A stretch of 64,000 nt of DNA, taken from the NCBI GenBank assembly GCA_963767005.1, contig CAVYCN010000008.1:64001-128000 (forward strand). Direction: 5' to 3'. The position numbers and the translations under genes are program-made. Below are positions 1 to 8,954 of the stretch, one piece after another. Under the pieces are notes generated by a model, which saw nothing but the letters and a program-made list of their open reading frames with translations, searched no databases and had not been told where the DNA came from. Position 1 is the stretch's first letter. Every line of letters begins with the position of its first letter. This stretch comes from an uncultured Actinomycetes bacterium (GTDB lineage: Bacteria; Actinomycetota; Thermoleophilia; UBA2241).

Positions 1-895
1 GGGCGGCGAGGAGCACGTCTCGGCGCTCACGGTAGGCGGCGCGCAGGCCGGCGACGTGATCGTCGTACGAGCCGGCGGCCAGGTAGCGTTCGACGGCGAC
101 GGCGGCGAACTGGCTCGTGCAGCCGCCGCTCTCGGTCACGCCGCTCCCGGCGATGCGCTCGACCTGCTCCGCGGCGCCGTTCACCCAGCCCACCCGCAGA
201 CCCGGCGCCACCGACTTGGCGAAAGAGCCCAGGCGCAGCACGGTGCCGCGCGGCGCGAGGCTCCAGAGCGACGGCGGCGCGGGCTCGTCGTACCACAGCT
301 CGCGGTACACGTCGTCCTCGACGACGAGCAGGCCGTGCGCGGCGGCGACGTCGACGAGGCGTCGCCGCCGCGCGCTCGCGAGCGAGACGCCGGTCGGGTT
401 GTGAAAGGTGGGCACCGTGTACAGCAGGCGCAGGCCGGCGCCCGTGGCGCGCGCCTCGACGAGACGCCGCTCGAGGGCGTCGACGTCGAGGCCGTCGGCG
501 TCGAACGGCAGCGCTTCGACCGTGACGGGATGGTCGCGCAGGATGCCGAGCGCGAGGCTGTAGGTCGGTCGCTCCACGAGCACGACATCGCCGGGCTCGC
601 AGAACAGCGTGAGGAGCTGGTCGAGAGCCAGCGAGTTGCCGCCGCTCACGAACGTCTCTTCGAGGGCGGTCGCGTGCCCCTCGAGGCGGGTGAGCCGGTC
701 GGCCAGCAGCCGGCGCAGGGCCGCGGGACCGGCGTTGGCGCCGTAGGGCAGGGCCTCGGCGCCACCGTCCGCGAGGGCGGCCCGGCAGGCGCCGGCCAGC
801 GCCGCGGTCGGGAAGAGCGCCGGGTCGGGCTCGCCGAAAGCGAGCTCGATCACGCCGGGACGTGCGACCGTCTGTGTGGCCGCCCAGGTGGCCAT
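1..895 (-). CDS. PLP-dependent aminotransferase class I/II (LysN/MocR-type), runs off window start
   Basis: Hand translation from ATG 895: MATWAATQ...FGEPDP, VERPTY, YTVPTFHNPTG, VEDDVY, LGSFAKSVAPGLRVGW (PLP lysine). Not in the ORF track because there is no stop inside the window. Confidence 0.9.
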   Translation of the reverse strand, partial: MATWAATQTVARPGVIELAFGEPDPALFPTAALAGACRAALADGGAEALPYGANAGPAALRRLLADRLTRLEGHATALEETFVSGGNSLALDQLLTLFCEPGDVVLVERPTYSLALGILRDHPVTVEALPFDADGLDVDALERRLVEARATGAGLRLLYTVPTFHNPTGVSLASARRRRLVDVAAAHGLLVVEDDVYRELWYDEPAPPSLWSLAPRGTVLRLGSFAKSVAPGLRVGWVNGAAEQVERIAGSGVTESGGCTSQFAAVAVERYLAAGSYDDHVAGLRAAYRERRDVLLAA

Positions 896-900
896 GCCGG

Positions 901-1212
901 TCAGACCGCCGGCCGGTCGGCCCGGCGCCGCCGGCGGCGGCCGAGCAGAAAGGCGACGAGCAGGGCGACGAGCGCGGCGAACACCGCCGGCAGCATGAGG
1001 TCGACCCAGAGCGGCGCTGTGAACGTCCAGGCCAGCCAGTGCACGTCGGCGCGCTGGCCGTTTTGCACGATGAAGGCGAGCAGGCCGAGCGCGAGCAGGC
1101 CGCACAGGAACGGCACCGCGCCGCGGCGCAGCATGGTCGTCGACGAGGTCGGCTCGTGCGGCCGGCCGCGCTCGTCGTCGTGTCTGCTGGGATCCTCGGC
1201 CACCTTCGACAC
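901..1212 (-). CDS. LapA/DUF1049-like small membrane protein
   Basis: Two hydrophobic helices separated by FIVQN...W, with a basic tail. Start uncertain (GTG 1212 or a downstream ATG). Confidence 0.65.
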   Translation of the reverse strand: MSKVAEDPSRHDDERGRPHEPTSSTTMLRRGAVPFLCGLLALGLLAFIVQNGQRADVHWLAWTFTAPLWVDLMLPAVFAALVALLVAFLLGRRRRRRADRPAV

Positions 1213-1373
1213 CTTCGCCTGCCTGCCCCGCCGGCGGCCGCCCGAAACGGGAGCCTCGCCGACCGTCCGCGGGCTGCGGCGGCGGCGCGCCGGCCGGGCC
1301 GTCACCCGCGGGCATCCAAGGATACCAAACGAGCGGGCTCGTAGAACGGGGGGGCGACGTATACTGCGCCGGC

Positions 1374-2369
1374 ATGGACACGCCGCTGCTGATCGTCAAT
1401 CCGTCGAGCGGGAGCCTGCGCGGCTCACGCGCCGTGCCGCGTTTCGCGGCCGCGGTCGAGCGTGCCCTGGGCGATGTCGACATCGAGCTCACGCAGCGGC
1501 ACGGGCACGCCGTCGAGCTCGCCCGGCGAGCGGCCGCCGCGGGGCGGCGGACGATCGTGGCCGTAGGTGGCGACGGCACCCTGAGCGAGGTCGTGAACGG
1601 CATCATGCAGGCCGCGGCGGCGGGCGGCGCCGGCCAGCCGGCGCCGCCCGCCCCCCGCGTCGGCCTCATCGGTCTGGGCACCGGCGGCGACTTCGGCCGC
1701 GGCCTGGGCATGGGCCGGCGTCTCGACGAGCACCTCGCCGTGATCGCCGCCGGCCGCACGCGGACGGTCGATCTGCTACGCGTCTCGTTTCGGGACCACG
1801 ACGGCGCGCCGGCCGAGCGCTACGTGGTAAACGTGCTCTCGGCCGGCCCCGGCAGCCTCGTCGACCGCTACGTCGATCGCCTGCCGGCGCTGGTCGGCGG
1901 GCGGGCCTCCTACGGCCTGGCGGCCGCCTGGGCGCTCGTGCGCACGCCGCGCGGTCGCCTGCGCCTGCGGACCTGGGACGATCCGGACGGCGAGGCGGTC
2001 GCCGAGCGCGAGCTCACCACCTGGTTGCTGGGCGTCTGCAACGGGCCGGTCTTCGGCGGCGGCATGCGGCTCGCGCCCGGCGCGCGGGTCGACGACGGCC
2101 TGATCGACGTGGTGTCGATCGGCCCTGAGCGCAAGCGCACCGTGGCCCGCCACCTGCTCTCGGTCTACCGTGGCCGCCACGTGCTCGTGCCCGGCGTCGA
2201 GGTGCTGCGCTGCCGCGGTCTCGAGCTGGAGCTCCTCGAGCCGACCGACCCCGCGCGCTTCGCGCTCGACGTCGACGGCGACGCGCTCGGCCGCCTGCCG
2301 CTGCGCGCCCGGATCGTGCCGGGCGCTCTGACCGTGCTCGCGACGCCCGGCCCGGGGACGTCGCCGTGA
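1374..2369 (+). CDS. Diacylglycerol/lipid kinase family (YegS/DagK)
   Basis: NPSSG, GGDGT, GTGGDF, FGGGM and DGD motifs. Confidence 0.9.
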   Translation: MDTPLLIVNPSSGSLRGSRAVPRFAAAVERALGDVDIELTQRHGHAVELARRAAAAGRRTIVAVGGDGTLSEVVNGIMQAAAAGGAGQPAPPAPRVGLIGLGTGGDFGRGLGMGRRLDEHLAVIAAGRTRTVDLLRVSFRDHDGAPAERYVVNVLSAGPGSLVDRYVDRLPALVGGRASYGLAAAWALVRTPRGRLRLRTWDDPDGEAVAERELTTWLLGVCNGPVFGGGMRLAPGARVDDGLIDVVSIGPERKRTVARHLLSVYRGRHVLVPGVEVLRCRGLELELLEPTDPARFALDVDGDALGRLPLRARIVPGALTVLATPGPGTSP

Positions 2370-2722
2370 TCGAGCTGCCGGACGACGACGAGGCGCTGCT
2401 CGCCGAGTGCGACGTGACGACCTTCCGCGCCGGCGGGCCGGGCGGCCAGTACCAGAACACGACCGACAGCGGCGTGCGGCTGCGGCACCGTGCGAGCGGC
2501 ATCGTCGTGGTGTGCCGGCGTGAGCGCAGCCAGCTTCGCAACAAGGCGACCTGTCTGGAGCGCCTGCGCGACAAGGCGGCGCGGCGCAACGCAGACGAGG
2601 CGCGCCTGCCGCGGAGGGCGCCCGCCGTCCCGCGGGCCGAGAAGGAGCGCCGCCTGGCCGACAAGGCGCACCGCGCGCGGCGCAAGCGCGAACGCAGCGC
2701 CCCCGCCGGCGAGGGTGACTAG
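2366..2722 (+). CDS. Peptidyl-tRNA hydrolase domain protein (ArfB/YaeJ-like ribosome rescue factor)
   Basis: GPGGQ motif, ERSQLRNK, basic C-terminal tail. Confidence 0.85.
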   Translation: MIELPDDDEALLAECDVTTFRAGGPGGQYQNTTDSGVRLRHRASGIVVVCRRERSQLRNKATCLERLRDKAARRNADEARLPRRAPAVPRAEKERRLADKAHRARRKRERSAPAGEGD

Positions 2723-2849
2723 GCGCGCGACGTAGTCACGCCTGCCTGAGCCCCGACGACGCAGTCGATCGGGTGACTAGGCGCGCGACGTAGTCACGCC
2801 TGCCTGAGCGTCAACGATGGAACCGTTTGACGGACTAGGCGCCTGCCGG
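2713..2849. repeat. Two identical 39-bp palindromic direct repeats plus a degenerate third, 58-bp period
   Basis: GGGTGACTAGGCGCGCGACGTAGTCACGCCTGCCTGAGC at 2713-2751 and 2771-2809; GACTAGGC-GCCTGCC remnant at 2833. Confidence 0.85.
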
Positions 2850-2932
2850 GGTCGAAGACGGCAAACGAGTGCCGCCCAAGCGAACCGGTCTCGGGCGAGG
2901 GGGTAGAATCCCTCTGATGTGGCGGAGAGGAC

Positions 2933-4585
2933 ATGTCTGACGCGGCGTTCGCGGCGCCGCGCGCGGCCCGGAGGCCGCCCCCGGTACGTCGCGTGGTGCT
3001 GCTGGTCGTCGGCTCGCTCGCCGTGATCGCCGCGGCGGCGCTCGTCATGCGGCTGATCGGCTTCGACGGCTGGGACGCGCCGGCGCACCTGTACAAGATC
3101 GCGGTGCTGCACCGCGGCTCGCTGCTGTGGGACAACGAGTGGTACGGCGGCGCCTATCAGCTCGTGAGCTATGGCTTCGTCTTCTACTGGGTGGCCCAGT
3201 TCATCAACTACACCGTGCTCGTGGTCGTCTCGGCGGCCGTGCTGCCCCTCCTCTTCTACGTCTACATGCGCCGCATCTACGCGGTGACCGACATCCTGCC
3301 GTCGGCAGCCCTCGCCGGCGTGCTCGCCGTGTATCTGGCAAACGGTCAGGATCCGTTCCTGTTCGCGCTCGCGCTCACCTTCGGCGGTCTGGTGGCCGAC
3401 GCCTGCGGCCGGCGTCTGCCGGCGGCCGTCCTGATCGGCGTGGCCAGCTTCGCCAACCCGGTCGCGGTCGCGCTCGGCGCCATCTTCCTCGTGGCCCAGT
3501 ATCTGGCGCGCCCGGAGCGCCGCGCCGGCCTGCACCGCCTCGCCCTCTTCCTCGTGCCGTTCTTCGTCGCCCGCCTGGTGCTCACGCTGTTCTTCTGGGA
3601 GGCGTCGAGCTACACCTACGCCGGCTTCGAGGTCCTCATCTACTCGTCGTTCGGGGCGGGCGGCGTCGCCCTCGCCCTGGTGTCCGACGACCCCCAGCGC
3701 CGCGCCAAGGCGATCCTGTTCGGCACCTTCGGCGCCGTCGCCCTGATCGCCGCCCTTCTGCCGAGCAACCCCATGGGCGGCACCTTCGGGCGTTTCTTCT
3801 TCGTCTTTGGCGTGCCGCTGTTTCTCACGGTGCGGCGTGTGCTGATGCCGCGTGTCGTCGTGGTCGGCATCCTGGTCGGCGTCGCGGTCGGGCAGCTCAT
3901 CCTGCCGGCCGGCCACTTCGTGAGCCCGGCCGAGGGGGTCTCGACCAAACCGGCCTTCTTCGCGGGCGCCCTGGCCTTCGCCGCCGCTCACTACGACCCC
4001 GACTACCGCTACCACGTCGTGGCGCTCTCCAACCACTGGGAGGCGTACTACTTCCCGGTCGACGGCTACGCCATCACCCGAGGCTGGTACCGGCAGTCGG
4101 ACGCTCTGCACAACGAGCTGCTCAACCAGCCGACCTTCAGCGCGGACCAGTACGTCGACTGGCTGCGCGGGATGGGTGTCGAGTATGTGTTCCTGCCGCA
4201 CGCGCCGCTCGACACCTCAGGCCCCCAGGAGACCGCCATCCTGACGACCGACCCGCGTTTCACCGAGGTCTACGGCAGTCCGGACTGGACGGTCTACCGG
4301 CTGCAGGGGGCGGAGCCCATCGTCGTGTCGCAGGACGGCCTCGGCACCGCCCACGTGACGGCGTTCGACCGCGAGTCGATCGCGCTCGCCGTGTCGCGGC
4401 CCGGCTCGTATCTCGTGAAGGTCAGCTGGTCGCCGTACTGGCGGGTGGCCGCGGGCGCAGGCACGCTCACCCCCGGTCCCGACGATTTCATGGTGCTCCA
4501 CGCCCCGGCGGCAGGTGTGATCGACCTGCGTATCGTGGTCACGCCCGACGTCCTCTGGGACGAGCTCGTCACCCGTCTCGGCTGA
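2933..4585 (+). CDS. Multi-pass membrane protein with extracytoplasmic C-terminal domain (possibly GT-C-like)
   Basis: About 10 hydrophobic segments followed by a soluble domain; host-like codon usage. Confidence 0.6.
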   Translation: MSDAAFAAPRAARRPPPVRRVVLLVVGSLAVIAAAALVMRLIGFDGWDAPAHLYKIAVLHRGSLLWDNEWYGGAYQLVSYGFVFYWVAQFINYTVLVVVSAAVLPLLFYVYMRRIYAVTDILPSAALAGVLAVYLANGQDPFLFALALTFGGLVADACGRRLPAAVLIGVASFANPVAVALGAIFLVAQYLARPERRAGLHRLALFLVPFFVARLVLTLFFWEASSYTYAGFEVLIYSSFGAGGVALALVSDDPQRRAKAILFGTFGAVALIAALLPSNPMGGTFGRFFFVFGVPLFLTVRRVLMPRVVVVGILVGVAVGQLILPAGHFVSPAEGVSTKPAFFAGALAFAAAHYDPDYRYHVVALSNHWEAYYFPVDGYAITRGWYRQSDALHNELLNQPTFSADQYVDWLRGMGVEYVFLPHAPLDTSGPQETAILTTDPRFTEVYGSPDWTVYRLQGAEPIVVSQDGLGTAHVTAFDRESIALAVSRPGSYLVKVSWSPYWRVAAGAGTLTPGPDDFMVLHAPAAGVIDLRIVVTPDVLWDELVTRLG

Positions 4586-4820
4586 CGTTCCGCGCAGGCC
4601 GGCCGCTGGCCGCGCGCGGCGGGCCTGGCGCGGCGCGCTGCGTCGCGCCGGCTCCAGGCTCGCTTGCGGCCTCGCGGGTCGATGGTTAGAGTACGGGATC
4701 GGGTCGTTCCCCAAGCTCATGCGTCGGGTTCCGTCCGGCCGTCCCCGACCTTCGGCCACTCCTGCCCCTCGCTCGCTTGCGGTGCGGCTTGCGGCTCCCT
4801 TGTGTGACGGCGGAGGATCC

Positions 4821-5180
4821 ATGAGTGACGAGTATGTGAGATGGCGTAAGAAGGCCCGCAGCCGCGACCTGACCGGTCTCGGCTGGCTCGAAGCCGAGAT
4901 CCTGCGCATCGTGTGGGACAAGGGTGACGTGAAGGTGCGCGACGTCTACGAGGAGCTGCGCCTGCGACGGAGGATCGCCTACACCACCGTCATGAGCGTG
5001 CTGCGCAACCTGCACGTCAAGGGGCTGCTCGAGCAGGACAGACAGCCTGCGGGCTACGTCTATCGCGCCATCGTGTCGGACATCGACGTCGCCAGAGGCA
5101 TCCTCGACGACGTGATCGAGAAGATCATGGGCGGCCGCGTCGAGCCCTTGCAGGAGTACCTCGACTCATACCGGGGGTAA
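4821..5180 (+). CDS. BlaI/MecI/CopY family transcriptional repressor
   Basis: LEAEILRIVW, VRDVYE, AYTTVMSVL; GGAGG just before ATG 4821. Confidence 0.9.
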   Translation: MSDEYVRWRKKARSRDLTGLGWLEAEILRIVWDKGDVKVRDVYEELRLRRRIAYTTVMSVLRNLHVKGLLEQDRQPAGYVYRAIVSDIDVARGILDDVIEKIMGGRVEPLQEYLDSYRG

Positions 5181-5230
5181 GCCGGGCGCCGGCGTCGCGG
5201 CGTCGCGTTCGCGTGCGAAAGGCGGAGCAC

Positions 5231-6850
5231 ATGCCAGCGAGCGTCACCGACCTCGTGAAGCGACTCGTCGACCGCGTCGCCGCGGCCGAACCGGTGATCG
5301 CCACGCAGCTCGGCATGAGCGAGCACGCCGACGAGCTGCCCGACCTCTCGGCGCCCGCCCTCGTCGCCTACCTGAGCGACGTCCGCCGGCTGGGCGAGCG
5401 TCTCGAAGAGGCGGCCGCCGCCGGTGGCGCCGACGCGATCGACGCGGTCACCGGTGGGCAGATCGCGCGTCGCGTCGCGCGGGCGTACGACATGCGCGGC
5501 GTGCAGCGCTTGCGGCCCGGCCTCTACCTCGATGCCGCCTACGGCGTCCTGCTGCTCATGATCAAGGAGATCGGCAGCCCCGACGAGCGGGTCACGGCGA
5601 TGCGCGGGCGTCTCGAGGCGCTACCGGGCGTGCTCGAGGAGGGCCTCGCCAACCTGCGGGGCCCCCTGCCGCTACCCTACGTGACGGCGGCCCTCGACGA
5701 CGCGCCCGGCGTCGCTGAGCTCGTCGGCGAGGCGGCGCCGCGCGCCGCCGCCGAGCTCGGCCGGCCCGGCGCCCTCGACGACGCCGCGGCCGCGGCCGCC
5801 GCTGCCGTCGCGCGTTTTGCCGCCGAGCTGCGCCGTCGCCACCTCGACGACGCCACACCCGAGGTCGCGGGTGGCCGTGAGCTGCTGGTCGACCTGCTCG
5901 CCCACGAGCACCTGCTCCGGGAGACGCCTGAGCAGATCGCCGCGGTCGGCCGCGCCGCGGTGGCCGACACGCGCGCCGCCATGGCCGAGATCGCCGCCGC
6001 GATGGGCCACGACTCGACCGACGCGGCGGTCGCCGCCGTCCAGGCCGACTGCCCGGCGCCCGAGCACCTGCTCGACAGCTACCGCGAAGCTCTCACGGCC
6101 GCACGGTGTTTCGTCGTCGAGCACGACATCGTGACGCTCGCGCCCGACGAGGAGCTCGTCGTCGAGTCCACGCCTCAGGCCCTGCGTGGCTCGCTGCCGT
6201 TCGCCGCCTACGAGGGTGCCGGGCCCTTCGATCGCGTGCAGCGTGGCTTCTACTGGGTGACGGAGCCCTCTGCCGACCTGACCGGCGACGACCTCGTCCG
6301 AGCCCTCGCCGGCCACCCCTTCGCCTCGATGGCGACCGTCGGAGCGCACGAGGCCTACCCCGGCCACCACACGCAGTTCGGCCGCGCCAACCGGGCCGCC
6401 ACTCTGGCCCACCGCGTGGCTTTCATCCCCGACGGCGGCATGCTGCTGATCGAGGGCTGGGCCTTCTACTGCGAGGAGATGATGGAGGCCGCCGGCTTTC
6501 TCGCCGCGCCGAGCGTGCGCCTCATGCGCCTGAACGATCAGCTCTGGCGCGCCTGCCGCGTGGTGATCGACATGGAGCTGCACCTCGGCCTCATGAGCTT
6601 CGACCAAGCGGTCGACTTTCTGTCGCGCGAGGCCCACCTCGAACGGTCAAAGGCGGCGCTCGAGGTGCGCTGGTACGTGGCCGCCCCCGGCTATCCCATG
6701 GCCTACTTCATCGGCAAGCGCGAGATCGCCGCGCTCGCGCGCGACTTTGCACGCCGGCGCTCGCCGTCGCTCAAGGTCTTCCACGACGAGCTGCTCGAGT
6801 GGGGCGCGACGACCCCGGCCCTGATCCGCAGGGGGATGGGGCTCGACTGA
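5231..6850 (+). CDS. DUF885 family metallopeptidase-like protein
   Basis: HEAYPGHHTQ, EGWAFYCE, LWRACRVVID, PGYPMAY. Confidence 0.85.
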   Translation: MPASVTDLVKRLVDRVAAAEPVIATQLGMSEHADELPDLSAPALVAYLSDVRRLGERLEEAAAAGGADAIDAVTGGQIARRVARAYDMRGVQRLRPGLYLDAAYGVLLLMIKEIGSPDERVTAMRGRLEALPGVLEEGLANLRGPLPLPYVTAALDDAPGVAELVGEAAPRAAAELGRPGALDDAAAAAAAAVARFAAELRRRHLDDATPEVAGGRELLVDLLAHEHLLRETPEQIAAVGRAAVADTRAAMAEIAAAMGHDSTDAAVAAVQADCPAPEHLLDSYREALTAARCFVVEHDIVTLAPDEELVVESTPQALRGSLPFAAYEGAGPFDRVQRGFYWVTEPSADLTGDDLVRALAGHPFASMATVGAHEAYPGHHTQFGRANRAATLAHRVAFIPDGGMLLIEGWAFYCEEMMEAAGFLAAPSVRLMRLNDQLWRACRVVIDMELHLGLMSFDQAVDFLSREAHLERSKAALEVRWYVAAPGYPMAYFIGKREIAALARDFARRRSPSLKVFHDELLEWGATTPALIRRGMGLD

Positions 6851-6912
6851 CGTCCGGCTGCTGCGCGCCGCGTGCCGTCGAAGGACTCCGTCGGCGCCGC
6901 TCGGCCTGCGTG

Positions 6913-8340
6913 CTAGTCGTAGAAGGCGGGCTGGACCTCGACGCCGTACTGCATCACGCGGTCGCGTCCGTCGGCCTTGGCCTGGTAGAGCGCCTGATCG
7001 GCAAGCTCGAAGAGCTCGGCCACCGTGGTCGCGTCGCGCGGGCACGTGGCCACGCCCATGCTGATCGTGATGTTCACGTCGCTCGGCAGGCCCAGGCCCG
7101 TGTAGCGCGTGCCGGCCAGGGTGCGGCGCAGGCGGTTTGCCATGAAGCTCGCGTTGTCGCCCGGCGTGTTGGGCAGCAGCATGCCGAACTCCTCGCCGCC
7201 GTGCCGCGAGCAGATGTCGGACTTGCGCACGTGCTGGCGCATGACGCCCGCCACCACCTGCAGCACGCGGTCGCCGGTGGCGTGGCCGTAAGCGTCGTTG
7301 AAGTGCTTGAAGTGGTCGATGTCGAGCATGACGAGCGACAGCGGCTGCTGGTTGCGTAGGCTGCGGGCGAGCTCCTCTTCGGCGCGGTTCATGAAGAAGC
7401 GCCGGTTGTAGAGGCGCGTGAGGTGGTCGGTCACCACCTGGCGACGGATGCTGTCGTACTTGCGCGCGTTCGACAGGGCGGCGTGCACGTGGCCCTGCAG
7501 CGTGGTGAGCACGTTGGTCGCGATCTGGTCGAAGTGCTCGCTCGTGGTCGACGTGGCAAGCAGCGCCATCTCGCCCATGGGATCGACGTCGAAGGGCACG
7601 ATGAGCTGGCTCTTCATGGTCTGGGGGAAGAGCGTGCAGGTATGGTCGGCCGAGCGCACGACCGTGCGCTCGTCGATCGCGTGGCGCACCGGGCAGTCGC
7701 TCGTGAACAGGCAGCAGTCCGCGTCGACCGACGGCGCCTGCACGCCGAGGGCGCCCTCGACGTCGAAGGCGCGCGTGTTGGGCTCGAGGGAGATGAGCGC
7801 CACGAAGTCGGCGTGCAGGAAGGTCTTGGCCCGCGCCAGGGTGCGCTCGACCGTCTCGCGGTAGGGCAGGGCGGCGTTGATCTCCTGGCCGATGTCGCCG
7901 ACCTCGACGAGCTGGCGGTTGAAGGTCTGCAGGCGGATGAGGTCGCTCTCGGCGCGCTCGGTGCGCACCTCGTGCGTCTGCACCTCGGTGAAGGTGCGGA
8001 TGATGGTGTTGATGAGGTGGTCGAGCTCGGCGATCTGGTCGCGGTGGCGCGGGTCGGCGTTCTCGTAGCGGGCGCCGAGGCGCCGCCGCGAGCGGCGGAT
8101 CAGCGAGGACAGCGGCCGGTACACCCAGATGTCGAGCACGATGATGACGAGGGCGAACGTGCCGGAGAGCGCGAGGGCGAGCTCGACGAGGTGGTTGCGG
8201 TCGAGCATGCGCGAGAACACGGCGATCACGACCAGGAAGATCACGACGATCATGCCGGTCGTCTTGACCTCGATGCTCACACGAGAGCGGTGTTCGTGCG
8301 GATCGCTCGTGGAGTCTCCTTCGCGGTGTGCGGGCTGCAC
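6913..8340 (-). CDS. Membrane-bound diguanylate cyclase (2 TM, HAMP-like, GAF, GGEEF)
   Basis: TDHLTRLYNRR, DIDHFK, RxxD I-site (RKSD), GGEEF. Start uncertain. Confidence 0.9.
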   Translation of the reverse strand: MQPAHREGDSTSDPHEHRSRVSIEVKTTGMIVVIFLVVIAVFSRMLDRNHLVELALALSGTFALVIIVLDIWVYRPLSSLIRRSRRRLGARYENADPRHRDQIAELDHLINTIIRTFTEVQTHEVRTERAESDLIRLQTFNRQLVEVGDIGQEINAALPYRETVERTLARAKTFLHADFVALISLEPNTRAFDVEGALGVQAPSVDADCCLFTSDCPVRHAIDERTVVRSADHTCTLFPQTMKSQLIVPFDVDPMGEMALLATSTTSEHFDQIATNVLTTLQGHVHAALSNARKYDSIRRQVVTDHLTRLYNRRFFMNRAEEELARSLRNQQPLSLVMLDIDHFKHFNDAYGHATGDRVLQVVAGVMRQHVRKSDICSRHGGEEFGMLLPNTPGDNASFMANRLRRTLAGTRYTGLGLPSDVNITISMGVATCPRDATTVAELFELADQALYQAKADGRDRVMQYGVEVQPAFYD

Positions 8341-8575
8341 GCTTCGAGGCGTGTCGCCGGTCCGGCGCGGCCGCCCGGTTTTCCGTCTTCTTATCGGCAG
8401 TTCACGGACGAGGATGAGCGGGTCGCGGCGACGGGCGCGCCGGCGCCGGGACGAGCGGGTCGCGGCGTCGCCGGCGCGGGTGCCGAGGCCGGGGTGAGGC
8501 GGTCGCGGCGGCGCTCGCGCCGGCGCCGGAGGGTACGGGATGGGCGGGCCGCGGCCGGGGCCGCGGCCGGGGGGC

Positions 8576-8950
8576 TCAGAGGTAACCTTCGATGACCGAC
8601 AGCACCTGGGCGATGCGGAACGGCTTGGTGATGTAGCCGTCGATGCCCACGTCGGTCGCGCGCTCCATGTCGGTGGCCATGGCCTTGGCCGACAGGCCGA
8701 CGATCGGGATGTCGCGCGTGGTGTCGTTTGCCTTGAGCTCGGTGATGGCCTCGTAGCCGCTCATCACCGGCATCATCATGTCGAGGATGATGAGGTCGGG
8801 ATGGTGGTCGCGCGCCAGGTCGACGGCCTCGCGGCCGTTGGCGGCTTTGAAGACGTCGTAGCCCTGGGCCTCGAGCGACATCGCGACGATGCTCAGGATA
8901 TCGGGGTCGTCATCCGCGACGACGATCGACTTGGCCATGGCTGTCCCCAC
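8576..8950 (-). CDS. Single-domain response regulator (receiver)
   Basis: ADDD, LDMMMP, KPF. Confidence 0.92.
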   Translation of the reverse strand: MGTAMAKSIVVADDDPDILSIVAMSLEAQGYDVFKAANGREAVDLARDHHPDLIILDMMMPVMSGYEAITELKANDTTRDIPIVGLSAKAMATDMERATDVGIDGYITKPFRIAQVLSVIEGYL

Positions 8951-8954
8951 CGTC

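Noticed and set aside
56-2128. 690-aa plus-strand ORF and similar long Arg/Ala/Pro-rich ORFs (e.g. 30805-34146, 30935-34177, 46316-48370)
   Set aside because: Shadow frames of real genes in very high-GC DNA, with no recognisable motifs.
2713-2849. Formal CRISPR array call
   Set aside because: Only two intact repeats, 19-bp spacers, no AT-rich leader and no adjacent cas genes. Kept as an unexplained repeat.
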